This document shows positions 20,785 to 29,814 of a DNA stretch of 64,000 bases, piece after piece. The stretch lies in contig CAWGIE010000023.1 of NCBI GenBank assembly GCA_963822585.1, positions 73,104 to 137,103 of the forward strand, given 5' to 3'. The translations under genes were made by a program, and so were the position numbers. The DNA is from an uncultured bacterium. GTDB lineage: Bacteria > Auribacterota > Erginobacteria > Erginobacterales > Erginobacteraceae. Under the pieces are notes generated by a model. It saw only the letters and a program-made list of their open reading frames with translations, ran no database searches and was not told the origin of the DNA. Each line of letters begins with the position of its first letter. Within the stretch, counting starts at the first letter, position 1.

Positions 20785-21849
20785 TCATAATCCAATATAC
20801 TCCTTCAACTTGTTTTCCAGGGAGATGGAGCGGAATTCCTCCACCCGCCGGCGCTGTCCCTGGACGATCTTGTCCCGGAAACCGGCGGCCTCGCAGAGGA
20901 GCGCCGCCATCTCGGCGATCTCGGGATAGTTCTTCTCTTTGATCAGGACCCCGGCGCCGGCCAGGGTGTCGGGGACCGCTCCCGCCGCGTAGGCTAAAAC
21001 CGGGATCCCGAAGTGCATCGCCTCCATCAGGGGCATGCAGAACCCCTCGTGCTCGCTGAGACAGAGATATACCGACGCCAATCGGTAGTAGGCGAGGAGT
21101 TCGGCGTTGGTGACGTGCCCGGTGAAGACGACGTCCCTGAGTTCCAGTTCTTGGATGATCGCCCGCAGGTATTGGAGATAGGTTTCGCTCCCCCTGGTGA
21201 ACCCGACCAGGAAGAGCTTCGATTCCGGTTTGAGCAGGTTCTTGTAATAATAAAAAACCCTCAACAGGTCCTCGAACCTCTTGTTGGGAACGATCCGTCC
21301 CACGAAGAGGAGGTTGTCCCGGGCGCCCCGGTGGGCGAGGAGGACTTTCCGGGAAGGGGACCCGTCAAGCGTCGACCAGTCGTTGGTAAGCGGGACCACG
21401 CCGGTCCGGGAGAAACCGGCTTCCTCCAGCTCCCGCCGGTTGTATTCGGAAACGCCCAGGGCCAGTTCGGTGACCCCCGCCAGTTCCTTGAGCTGGCGGC
21501 GACCCTCCCGGAGAAAGGCGGCGGTCTCAGGGAGGAGGACGGCAAAATAGCGGGCCGGGGTAATGTTGTGGTAGATGATCACCTTCCGGTCCGGAGCGGA
21601 GCGGAAATAGCGGGTAGCGTCGGATCCGATCGAGAAGTGATAGATCAGGATGTTGTCGGGGGAGCTGTATAGCCTATGCTCGTCGAGGGGCCGGCAGACG
21701 GTGCGTGACCGGTCATCGGTGTTTTCCGGGCGGACGAAGATATCGGATTGGCATCCCCAGCTCCGGAACAATTTCCGGAGTTCCAGGGCATAGTTGCTGA
21801 TCGCGTCCCCGGGCATGAACCCGGCCAGAATTTGATCAATTCTCATCAC
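20785..21849 (-). CDS. GT4 glycosyltransferase
   Basis: GDAISNY, YHNITP, LFVGRIVPNK, SEHEGFCMPLMEAM. Confidence 0.92.
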   Translation of the reverse strand: MMRIDQILAGFMPGDAISNYALELRKLFRSWGCQSDIFVRPENTDDRSRTVCRPLDEHRLYSSPDNILIYHFSIGSDATRYFRSAPDRKVIIYHNITPARYFAVLLPETAAFLREGRRQLKELAGVTELALGVSEYNRRELEEAGFSRTGVVPLTNDWSTLDGSPSRKVLLAHRGARDNLLFVGRIVPNKRFEDLLRVFYYYKNLLKPESKLFLVGFTRGSETYLQYLRAIIQELELRDVVFTGHVTNAELLAYYRLASVYLCLSEHEGFCMPLMEAMHFGIPVLAYAAGAVPDTLAGAGVLIKEKNYPEIAEMAALLCEAAGFRDKIVQGQRRRVEEFRSISLENKLKEYIGL

Positions 21850-21910
21850 TTTCCTCTCTCCCCTACCGCACCCCCTTTTTGAGCCGCAAAAAAGCGCAAA
21901 ATGCGCAAAA

Positions 21911-22010
21911 TCCCCCCTACCTCACCCCCATTTTTAACAAACGATTTAATGTGATTGAATATGAATGTTCGTTCGACGTTCGAAGTTGAATGTTCGACGT
22001 TCGATGTTCA
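21911..22010. repeat. ~50-bp element shared with 30609-30658, followed by a 7-bp-periodic GTTCGAC/GTTGAAT tract
   Basis: tcccccctacctcacccccatttttaacaaacgatttaatgtgattgaata, then gttcgacgttcgaagttgaatgttcgacgttcgatgttc. Confidence 0.7.
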
Positions 22011-23709
22011 TTTTTTAATACACGCTTCCAGCCCATCTTCCAACCGATCCAACACCTTTGACCACGCGTAGTTCTCCTCCACGTACCGCTTTCCGTTCTC
22101 TCCCATCCGCGCGGCCTCTTCGGGATGATCGAGAAAATACAGCAGGCACTCCTCGAACTCGAAGTAGTCCCGGAAATAGAGTCCTCCCCCCGACCGGAGA
22201 CAATGATCCCGCGTGACCGGACTTTGATTTTGTTGTGTTATATGTTGGTTAAAAAGGTTGTGGATATTTTTGGTGAGTAAGATATTAGGATGTGTTTTTT
22301 TGTGAGTGTTTATGTGTAAGAGGTGTATAAGAGAGTGTATATGTTGGTTGTTTTTTTTGTTGGTTTTGATGAATATATATAGTGAAGGGATATTGTTATT
22401 TGATGGTGTTTGTTGATTTGTTGTTTAAGTGATTGTTTTTTGTAATTTTAGGTAAAGATGGTGAGATGTGGGTGTATTTTATTAATGTGTTGGAGGATTA
22501 TGAGGGGAAAGTGGAATTGTTTATGAGTGTATAGATGGATATGAGTAAGGTTTATGTGAAAGAATGAAGAAATGTAGTAATGTTTGGGTAGTTTATGATA
22601 AGTTTAAAGTGATTGTTTATGTTAATAAAGAGGTGGATATTGTATGATAGAGAGAATATAAGAGTGGGTGATAGATAGTAAGAGACAAAAAGGAAAAGAC
22701 TAGTTGGATTGGTGAAGAAAGCGCTGACCAGGGCCGGTTTCCCCGCCAGCCAGGATTCCAACAGTACGATCGAGAAGCTTTCGTTGGTGGACGGCTGGCA
22801 GAACGCGGACGAAGCGGCATAGGCGTCCCGTTTGTCCTCCTCGGAGACATATCCCGCGTCGAGAATCCACCGGCGGTCTTCTCCTTTCAGGAGCACCTCA
22901 CCGGTCCCCAGGAGACAGAGCCGGAGGTCGGTCCCCCGGTGGCGTTTGAAGAGACGAAAATACTCGATCAGAAGAGGCGTGTTCTTCCCGCCCTCCCGGC
23001 GACCGGCATAGAGGAGAAAAGGGAAGTCGATCCCGAATTTTTCCCGGAACCTGTCCGGTTGGGGCGGAACGGCAGGTTTCTCGATCCCCATCCCGACCAC
23101 CCGGCAGCGGCCCCGGGGGAGGGAGAAGATTCGGTCGGCCAGGGCTCGTTCCGGTTCGCTGTTGAAGAATATCCCCGCCGCCGAACCAAACAAATCGCGG
23201 AAGATTTTCAGATAAGCGTACGGCTCATCGTGCAGGCAGGGGACCAGGATCGATTTCCCGGCGGCGGCCTGCATGCCCCGATAGGTGACCCCGAAGAGAT
23301 AGGGGGCGAAAACGAAACAGTCAAAAGTGTCGCGGTTCTCTTCGATGAAATGACAGAGGGGCTCGCTCCGGGCGACCGCATCGATCCACTCCTCTTCCTG
23401 ATCCCGAGTCAGCGGTTCGCCGTGGATGATCTTTCCGCCGTAAAAGTCCTGCTTTTCCCGGTCGCGGGAAGTGATTGGGAAACGGCGGACCGGTACTCCG
23501 TTGATCGTCTCCTCCCCGGTAGGGAGTTCGTTTTCCCAGGTCGAGTGATCGCGGGCGCAGGTGGTCAGGACTTCGCAGCGGTGCCCGCGACCCCGCATCC
23601 GCTCCGCCCAGCTCTGGATCAGAGCCTCGGCCCCTCCTGCCGCCGCCGCCGCGTAGCGCGGGCAGACAAAGGCGATGCGGAGAGAGCGGTTTGTATCGGC
23701 ACTATTCAT
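22008..23709 (-). pseudogene. GT4 glycosyltransferase interrupted by a ~493-bp cytosine-free insert
   Basis: The N-terminal part reads GGAE..PCLHDE..LYAGR..NESFSIVLLESWLAGKPALVSA up to ~22717. The reading frame resumes at 22223 as SPVTRDHCLRSGGGLYF...MGENGKRYVEENYAWSKVLDRLE...KK* (stop at 22008). Removing 493 bp gives a 402-aa GT4. Confidence 0.9.
22224..22716. other. Foreign insert with extreme strand-specific cytosine depletion (looks like C->T converted DNA)
   Basis: No C on the + strand from 22223 to 22685 and only two C (22686, 22700) up to 22721. Hand count of 22261-22680 gives about 42% T, 30% G, 28% A, 0% C. Confidence 0.95.
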
Positions 23710-23749
23710 CAGCAGCGGTTATCAAGTGCGAAAATTGTCGTGAGACATA

Positions 23750-23828
23750 CTGGAGTGATGGAGTAGTGGAGTGGTGGAGTGATGGGAGGCCGGCCCATTA
23801 CTCCGTTACTCCACCACTCCATCACTCC
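23750..23828. repeat. 8-bp-periodic palindromic element overlapping the stop codon of 23806..24270
   Basis: tggagtgatggagtagtggagtggtggagtgatggg ... cccattactccgttactccaccactccatcactcc. Confidence 0.88.
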
Positions 23829-24270
23829 GGTCACTGTTTTTTACCTTTGCTTCCAGGGCGGCCAGTCTTCTCTCGTACTTGGCATCCATCCCCTGGACGA
23901 TACTGGCCATGCGGGCGTTGAAGTCTTTCTGCTGGGAGAAGAGGCGGAAGGTGTAGAACTTGAGCAGCTTCCAGATCATCTTCTTCAGCCAGACCACCGG
24001 GCGACCGGCCAGAAAGGTCTTGCTCGGGATCTCGAAGTCGCCGAGATCGACGTCAGCCGCCCGCCGGATGGTCTTCAGGTAATAATCGAGATAGGCGTCG
24101 TCGCTTCTCAGGTTGTCCATCTCCAGGGCGGTCGCCGCGGAGAGGTTATACCGGCTGTATTCTCCGCTCCGCCGTTTCTCCTCCACCCGCTCCCGGATCT
24201 CTCCCATGACATCTTCCACATCAACCCCGGGAGTTTTGATCTCAAAGGTCTTCTGCGCTGTCTTGTTCAT
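23806..24270 (-). CDS. Hypothetical glycan-cluster accessory protein, paralog of 29137..29502
   Basis: RBS present; IDxxxxxxEI and Q..FN...ERRLAALE pattern shared with 29137..29502. Confidence 0.7.
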   Translation of the reverse strand: MNKTAQKTFEIKTPGVDVEDVMGEIRERVEEKRRSGEYSRYNLSAATALEMDNLRSDDAYLDYYLKTIRRAADVDLGDFEIPSKTFLAGRPVVWLKKMIWKLLKFYTFRLFSQQKDFNARMASIVQGMDAKYERRLAALEAKVKNSDRSDGVVE

Positions 24271-24303
24271 TCATTCCCCCTGGATGCGCCTCATTCGGAG
24301 GCC

Positions 24304-24404
24304 CGGATCGGACGAGTCGGACAAGTCGGACGGATCTGACTGATCTTCGATGCCCGGGCGAATCGTTCGACGTTGGACGTTGGATGTTGGAAGTTGGACG
24401 TTCA
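24304..24404. repeat. Short periodic tracts (9-bp TCGGAC-containing units and 7-bp GTTGGA units)
   Basis: cggatcggacgagtcggacaagtcggacggatctgac; gttcgacgttggacgttggatgttggaagttggacgttc. Confidence 0.75.
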
Positions 24405-25619
24405 TTCTTTCCCCCCTGCAATCTCCCACTCCACCGGTATACTGAACACCCCCTCTCCCCGGAAAGTGGAGAGAACGGTGAACGGGTAGAAATACTCCTG
24501 GCGATGATAGTTGGTGAGGTGATCCGGGGAATGGATGGAGAGGGAGAGGTAGTAATCCCCGGTCAGCAGCGGGAGCGCGGCCAGACGGAAACTCATTTTC
24601 CCGGCGCCTTCCACGGCCGGAACCCGGCAGCCGCTCATCTGGGTATTGCTCCCGAAGCAGAGAACCCGGTTCGCGTCATGGATGGCGAACCCGAAGACGG
24701 GATCCGCGATTTTCTCCCGGGCGAAATAATCGACCCCGACGACCAGGTCGTCCCCGGCCTTGAGGTGAAACGTCTGATTGCCCCGGCCGTCGGCGAGTGT
24801 AACCTGGCGTATCTCCACCTCCCGGCTTCCCCATTCATGGGTGACCCCCAGGTTGGCCCCTCCCTTGATGAGCTGAGCCTGGACATCCTCGATATACCGG
24901 TTGATGACCCGGCCGGTCGATCCCTGCTCGATGATCTTCCCCTCCCGAAGGTAAACGACCCGGTCGCAGAAGTTCCTGATCACGTTCATGTCGTGAGAAA
25001 CGACGACGATCGTCTTCCCCCGCTCTTTGAACTCCCGCATCCTCTCCCCGCTCTTCTTCTGAAAAGCTTCGTCACCGACCGCCAGTACCTCGTCGACCAG
25101 GAGAACATCGGGATCGGCGGCCACCGCGACCGAAAAGCCGAGGCGCACCGCCATCCCCGAAGAGTAAAAACGCAGGGGGGTCTCGATGAAGTGTCCGAGG
25201 CCGGAAAATTCAACGATCCGGTCGAACTTCTCCGCTATCACCGGCCGCGGGATCCCCATGATGGCGGCGTTGAGATAGATGTTTTCCCGCCCGGTCAGAT
25301 CGGGATGGAAACCGGCCCCCAGCTCCAGCAGGCAGCCCACCCTTCCCCGGACTTCCAGGGATCCGGTGGTGGGGACCATGGTCCGGGCCAGGATGGAAAG
25401 GAGGGTCGTTTTGCCGGAACCATTGGGACCGATCACCCCCACCGCCGAGCCCTCGTCGATCGAGAAAGTTACCCCCTGGAGCGCCCAGAAATCGTCCCGG
25501 ACCTCCCGGTGCAGCACCCGGTCGATGACGCTCGTTTTCAGAGACTGTCCCTTGGCGTGCCGAAGCCGGAACTTTTTACCCAGTCCCTGTACTTCAATCG
25601 CGTTCATTGCAGTTATCAA
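24402..25619 (-). CDS. wzt: Polysaccharide ABC transporter ATP-binding subunit with C-terminal Wzt_C carbohydrate-binding domain
   Basis: GPNGSGKT, YSSGMAVRLGF, LLVDEVLAVGD, and a ~150-aa beta-rich C-terminal extension. Confidence 0.93.
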   Translation of the reverse strand: MITAMNAIEVQGLGKKFRLRHAKGQSLKTSVIDRVLHREVRDDFWALQGVTFSIDEGSAVGVIGPNGSGKTTLLSILARTMVPTTGSLEVRGRVGCLLELGAGFHPDLTGRENIYLNAAIMGIPRPVIAEKFDRIVEFSGLGHFIETPLRFYSSGMAVRLGFSVAVAADPDVLLVDEVLAVGDEAFQKKSGERMREFKERGKTIVVVSHDMNVIRNFCDRVVYLREGKIIEQGSTGRVINRYIEDVQAQLIKGGANLGVTHEWGSREVEIRQVTLADGRGNQTFHLKAGDDLVVGVDYFAREKIADPVFGFAIHDANRVLCFGSNTQMSGCRVPAVEGAGKMSFRLAALPLLTGDYYLSLSIHSPDHLTNYHRQEYFYPFTVLSTFRGEGVFSIPVEWEIAGGKE

Positions 25620-25646
25620 TGTCGATACAATCAGGCGTAGCCCGAA

Positions 25647-25725
25647 GGAGTGTTGGAATGTTGGAGTAATGGAGTACCGGGTGGCCGCCTCACCACTCCA
25701 TTATTCCATTACTCCATCACTCCAT
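25647..25725. repeat. 8-bp-periodic palindromic element
   Basis: ggagtgttggaatgttggagtaatggagta ... ccactccattattccattactccatcactcc, between wzm and wzt as at 678-773. Confidence 0.85.
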
Positions 25726-25755
25726 TTTTCTAACTTCGTTTCTTTTTAGTGAATT

Positions 25756-26562
25756 TCACAATTCATCAGCAAAGAACCGTTCTTTCTTAATAAAAAAGGC
25801 CGTCCCGGCGATCATGATCAGCGGCGAGAGGAGCAGGGATAGGTAAAGACCGGGCGCCGCCGGCAAGGGGCTGCCGAGAAAAGCGTACCGGTAGAAGGTG
25901 ATGATAGAGGCCATCGGATTCAGGAGATACAGATTCAGGACCCAGGATCCGTAGGGCCCCGTGGCCTTGAGGACCTCGGCGAGTGTGTACATGACCGGGC
26001 TGAGGAAGAACCAGGCCAGGAGGATGATCGACATGATGTGCTCGATGTCCTTGAAATACACGTTAAGACAGGAAAAGAAGTTGGCGAGCCCCAGGATCAG
26101 CATGACCTGGAAGAGCACAACCAGCGGCAGGAGGAGAAGTCCGAAGCCGGTGTGAAGGGTCCCGCCGAAGAAGATGATATAGGCGGCCAGAAAAACCACC
26201 AGCACGATCAGGGAAAGGAGAAAATTGACCAGGTTGGCCAGGACCATCGAGAGAGGGAAGACGTATTTCGGGGAATAGGTCCGTTTGATCAGGGAGGGAT
26301 ATCCGGTAATGGCGTTGACCGAGTCGGAGAGGCACATGGTGAAAAATTGCCAGGCCAGGATCCCGACCAGGAGCTGGGGCAGGTCGATGGCGATCTTGAG
26401 GAGCTTGATGAAGAGAAAATAGATCCCCATCATGAAGAGGGGGTTGATCATCGTCCAGAGAAACCCCAGCGTGGATCCCTTATAACGGATCCGCAGATTC
26501 CGGAGAACCAGGTTCCGGATCAGGTCCTTCCAGGTCCAGATGCTGTTCGATTGATCAAACAT
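25756..26562 (-). CDS. wzm: ABC-2 polysaccharide export permease (Wzm)
   Basis: RYKGSTLGFLWTMINP, WFFLSPVMY, LNPMA. Confidence 0.92.
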   Translation of the reverse strand: MFDQSNSIWTWKDLIRNLVLRNLRIRYKGSTLGFLWTMINPLFMMGIYFLFIKLLKIAIDLPQLLVGILAWQFFTMCLSDSVNAITGYPSLIKRTYSPKYVFPLSMVLANLVNFLLSLIVLVVFLAAYIIFFGGTLHTGFGLLLLPLVVLFQVMLILGLANFFSCLNVYFKDIEHIMSIILLAWFFLSPVMYTLAEVLKATGPYGSWVLNLYLLNPMASIITFYRYAFLGSPLPAAPGLYLSLLLSPLIMIAGTAFFIKKERFFADEL

Positions 26563-26692
26563 AACGAGTGCGGGGCTCCCGGTTTCTCTTCTTTCACCTT
26601 TATTTAACCACAGAGAACACGGAAAACACGGAAAATTCTAACAAATAATCATGAAATTCGTGTACTGCTATATACTTTAATCCGGTTCCACG

Positions 26693-27762
26693 CTACCCCA
26701 TGAGCCGCTTGAGCGCTTTCTCCCAGCGCTCGTGATAGGGGAACTGTTGGAAATAGTTCAAGCGGCGGTCCTGGGCGGCGACGATCCGGTCCCGGAGGGC
26801 CTGATCGGTTACGATCCGGTGGATAAGAGCGGCAATCTCCCGCGGCCGCTTCTCAGTGATCAGAACGCCCGCTCCTCCCAGGGTGGAGGGGACCGCCGCC
26901 GCCGCGAAGGCCACGATCGGGATCCGGTAAAAGAGCGATTCCACCAGGGGGACGCCGAATCCCTCGTGTTCGCTCATGCAGGCAAAGATCGACGCCGAGC
27001 GGTAGTAAGCCCGCAACTCCCTCCGGGACTCACTTTCCCCGTGAAGACCACCTCCCCCGGGCTGAGATCCCCGGCCAGCTTGCGGAGGGCCCGGGCATAG
27101 GCGGGGAACTGCCGGTCTTCCCCGACCAGGATGAGGCGGGATTCGGGATTAAAATAATCCCGGTAGGAACGAAACATCCGGAGCAGGTCTTCCTGTTTCT
27201 TGTTGGGGGCGATCCTGCCCACGAAGAGCAGGTTGGTCTTGCCGTCCCGGTAACGGCTGACAATCGCTTCATCGGCCGGCCCGGCCAGACGGTCCCAGTC
27301 GAAAATCAGGGGAACGACATCCGGTTCCGGATATCCCAGTTCACGCAGTTCCGCCGCGTTGAAAGAGGAATCGGCCATCGCCGCTCCCACCACAGTGGCC
27401 GTCTTCTTCAGTTGCCGGCGCGCCTGATGGGCCAGGTAAGCGATCTCCCGGTTCCAGGGGGCGAAGAACCGGGCCGGGGTGATGTTATGATGAATCAGGA
27501 TCTTTTTGTCCAGGCAGGATGAGAAATACCGGGTCAGAGGAGAACCGATCGCGGTATGGAAGATCAGGACATTGTCCGGACTACTGAACCGCCGATGCTC
27601 CCGGTAGGGGAGAATGTCTCCAGACCGGCCGGGCTGATCCCGGTAAACGAAAATACGGGAATCGAACCCCTGCTCCTGCAGAAAACCGCGCAGGCTGAGA
27701 GCGTAGTTCCCGATCGCGTCCTCCTTCTCGACCACCGGCAGCAATTGATGGACCCCTATCAT
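26693..27762 (-). pseudogene. GT4 glycosyltransferase split by a frameshift near 27020-27030 (possibly a sequencing error)
   Basis: The N-terminal ORF (DAIGNY, HHNITP, FVGRIAPNK, TGKVS) and the C-terminal ORF (LRAYYR..SEHEGFGVPLVES) are in different frames. The paralog reads TGKVSPEKLRAYYR. Confidence 0.85.
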
Positions 27763-27801
27763 GTTTTGCCTCTAATAGTTACCGCCCCCGGGACGTTTTT
27801 A

Positions 27802-27901
27802 AACCACGAAGGACACGAAGGTCACGAAGATATTTCAGAAAAAGAAAAATAGTTAATACATTTCCTCTCTACTTCCTTCGTGTACTTCGTGCCCTTTGTG
27901 G
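27802..27901. repeat. 9-bp-periodic palindromic element (a degenerate relative lies at ~26606-26661)
   Basis: aaccacgaaggacacgaaggtcacgaag ... cttcgtgtacttcgtgccctttgtgg. Confidence 0.85.
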
Positions 27902-27944
27902 CAATTATCTGTTTTCTTCATTTGTAGAATTCCGGAGCACTATA

Positions 27945-29009
27945 TTATAGAAGGTCGTAAAGGCACTTCCTCAAATGCCCCTCGTAGTCGTACCGCTCGA
28001 CTTCCGCCAGCCTTCTGTCTTGCCCCGCCAGGAGTTTTTCCTTCAGCTCCTTATCGCTCAGGATCCGGTTCATCAGAGCGGCGATTTCGAGCGGCCGTTT
28101 CTCGGTCAGGAGGATACCCGTCCCGCCAAGCGTTTCCGCAACGGCGCCGGCATTATAGGCGATCACCGGGATCCGGTAATAAAGGCTTTCCAGCAGGGGA
28201 ACGCAAAATCCTTCGTGCTCGCTCAGGCAGAGAAAGAGATCGGCGGCTCGGTAATAGGCGCGCAGTTTCTCCGGGGAGACCTTGCCGGTGATCTCGACAT
28301 TGGTCAGACCCAGATCGCGGACCCGGCTCTCCAGGAAACTCCGGTAGTCCGGCAGATTATCCGGCCCGACCAGGACCAGCCGGGCGACCGGGTGGAAAAA
28401 CTTCCGGAAAAGAGAAAAGACCGAAAGAATGTCCTCCTGCCGCTTGTTGGGGGCCAGGCGTCCCACGAAAAGAATAGTGGGGATCCCGTCTTCGTACCGG
28501 CGAAGCACGGTCGGATCGGCGGGGCCGTCCAGGCGGCTCCGGTCGAGGGGGAAGGGCAGCAGTTCAACCCGGGGGAAGCCAAGGGTATGAAGTTCACCGG
28601 CATTGAAGGACGAATCGGCCAGGGCGAGATTGCAGGTGGGGATAAAGCGGGGCAACTCTCTTCTTCCTTTCAAACATTCCAGGTAGGTAAAGAGGTCGTA
28701 ATCGAGGAAAAAGCGGGCGGGGGTGATATTGTGGTAAATCAGCACCTGCTTCCGGGACGAACGGAGGAATATCTCCCCCACCGACGAGCTGATCGAAGCG
28801 TGGTAAAGAAGGAGATCGGAGGGCGAACCCTCTTTCGTGAGAGAGCGGGCGGGGAGGATGCCGTTGAAGCGACCCGGGACGGCGAGACCGGCGTAAATCT
28901 CGGAATGGTATCCCCAGCGCCGGAAGATCTCCCGGAGGAGAAGGGCCATATGCCCCTGGGCATCGGTCTCGTCAAAGACGCTGAGCAGCTGATGGATAGC
29001 CCCGGTCAT
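27945..29009 (-). CDS. GT4 glycosyltransferase
   Basis: YHNITP, FVGRLAPNK, SEHEGFCVPLLES. Confidence 0.92.
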   Translation of the reverse strand: MTGAIHQLLSVFDETDAQGHMALLLREIFRRWGYHSEIYAGLAVPGRFNGILPARSLTKEGSPSDLLLYHASISSSVGEIFLRSSRKQVLIYHNITPARFFLDYDLFTYLECLKGRRELPRFIPTCNLALADSSFNAGELHTLGFPRVELLPFPLDRSRLDGPADPTVLRRYEDGIPTILFVGRLAPNKRQEDILSVFSLFRKFFHPVARLVLVGPDNLPDYRSFLESRVRDLGLTNVEITGKVSPEKLRAYYRAADLFLCLSEHEGFCVPLLESLYYRIPVIAYNAGAVAETLGGTGILLTEKRPLEIAALMNRILSDKELKEKLLAGQDRRLAEVERYDYEGHLRKCLYDLL

Positions 29010-29057
29010 GGTTCAGACCACGGAGTGATCAGGCTGTCCCGCACATGGAATGAATTT

Positions 29058-29162
29058 CCAATAGCCAATTTCCAACTTCCAATTTCCACTGTTCAAATTC
29101 CTCATTCTACATTTGTCATTTGTTGCCGGATGTTGGTTATTGGTCATTGGATATTGGACATT
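29058..29162. repeat. 7-bp-periodic palindromic element (CCAATTT / ATTGG arms) overlapping the end of 29137..29502
   Basis: ccaatagccaatttccaacttccaatttcc ... ttggttattggtcattggatattggacatt. Confidence 0.75.
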
Positions 29163-29502
29163 CTCCCCCCTTCTCCAGGGCCCGGATCCGCTCTTCCTGC
29201 TTTTTCAGGATCTCCAGGACCAGCGAGTTGAAAATGTATTGGGGCTTGAATAAACCCCGGACCAGTTTCCCGATCAGGGGAAGAAACGGCTTCAAAACCG
29301 GCCGTCGCCGCGCCAGGGTTTCGGTGTCCCAGCCGGCGGCGTACTGCTCCGCGATCTCGAGCAGGGCCGTCGCGTCATCGGGTGTCCGCGGGACGGCATC
29401 GATCGCCGGCGGAGGAACGGGGAGGTGCTTCACCTCGCTCTCGATCTCCCCTTCCAGCGCGGCCGCGTCGATATCGTTCTGCTCTATCTTCAGCCAGCTC
29501 AT
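29137..29502 (-). CDS. Hypothetical accessory protein, paralog of 23806..24270
   Basis: Strong RBS (ggagg); IDAAALEGEI...LF.PQ..FN...EERIRALE. Confidence 0.7.
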   Translation of the reverse strand: MSWLKIEQNDIDAAALEGEIESEVKHLPVPPPAIDAVPRTPDDATALLEIAEQYAAGWDTETLARRRPVLKPFLPLIGKLVRGLFKPQYIFNSLVLEILKKQEERIRALEKGGECPISNDQ

Positions 29503-29526
29503 TTAAAATTTTTCCTCCGGAAAATT

Positions 29527-29805
29527 TTAATCGACCTCGATATTGAACGGAGAATGCGGAGTGAGATTCGTCTCCCGACCCCGGCGCAAGTTTTCCAGGG
29601 CGGAGTCCTCCAGCCAGGCATCGATAACCGACTTCTTGAACCGGAGAGTGGCTCCGATCCGGCTGGCGGGTATCGTCTTTTTCTTCACATGCCGATAGAC
29701 GACCTGCTTATGAAGCTGCAGGTATTCGGCGATCTGATCGATGGTCATTACTTCCGGATATTCTTTTTCCGGAGCCGGGCCGGTTGTTTTTTGTTCGCTG
29801 CTCAT
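29527..29805 (-). CDS. Excisionase-like (HTH_17 / MerR-type) DNA-binding protein
   Basis: MTIDQIAEYLQLHKQVVYRHVKKKTIPASRIGATLRFKKSVIDAWLE. Confidence 0.85.
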   Translation of the reverse strand: MSSEQKTTGPAPEKEYPEVMTIDQIAEYLQLHKQVVYRHVKKKTIPASRIGATLRFKKSVIDAWLEDSALENLRRGRETNLTPHSPFNIEVD

Positions 29806-29814
29806 AATGGCACC

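Noticed and set aside
22670..22690. TGTCTCTTA on the - strand resembling the Nextera mosaic end
   Set aside because: Only 9 bp match and the flanks diverge; compatible with chance.
22552..22716. Hydrophobic tail FFTNPTSLFLFVSYYLSP... of ORF 22552..23709 as a real membrane anchor
   Set aside because: It is read-through into the G-poor strand of the insert; the true C-terminus lies at 22008-22223.
22224..22716. The insert as an IS, intron or DGR variable region
   Set aside because: No terminal repeats, target duplication, ORF or G-C pairing potential for an intron fold; DGR mutagenesis targets A and would not remove every C.
29527..29805. Excisionase-like HTH as evidence of a prophage or integrative element
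   Set aside because: No integrase, att sites or phage genes; it is tightly embedded in the operon.
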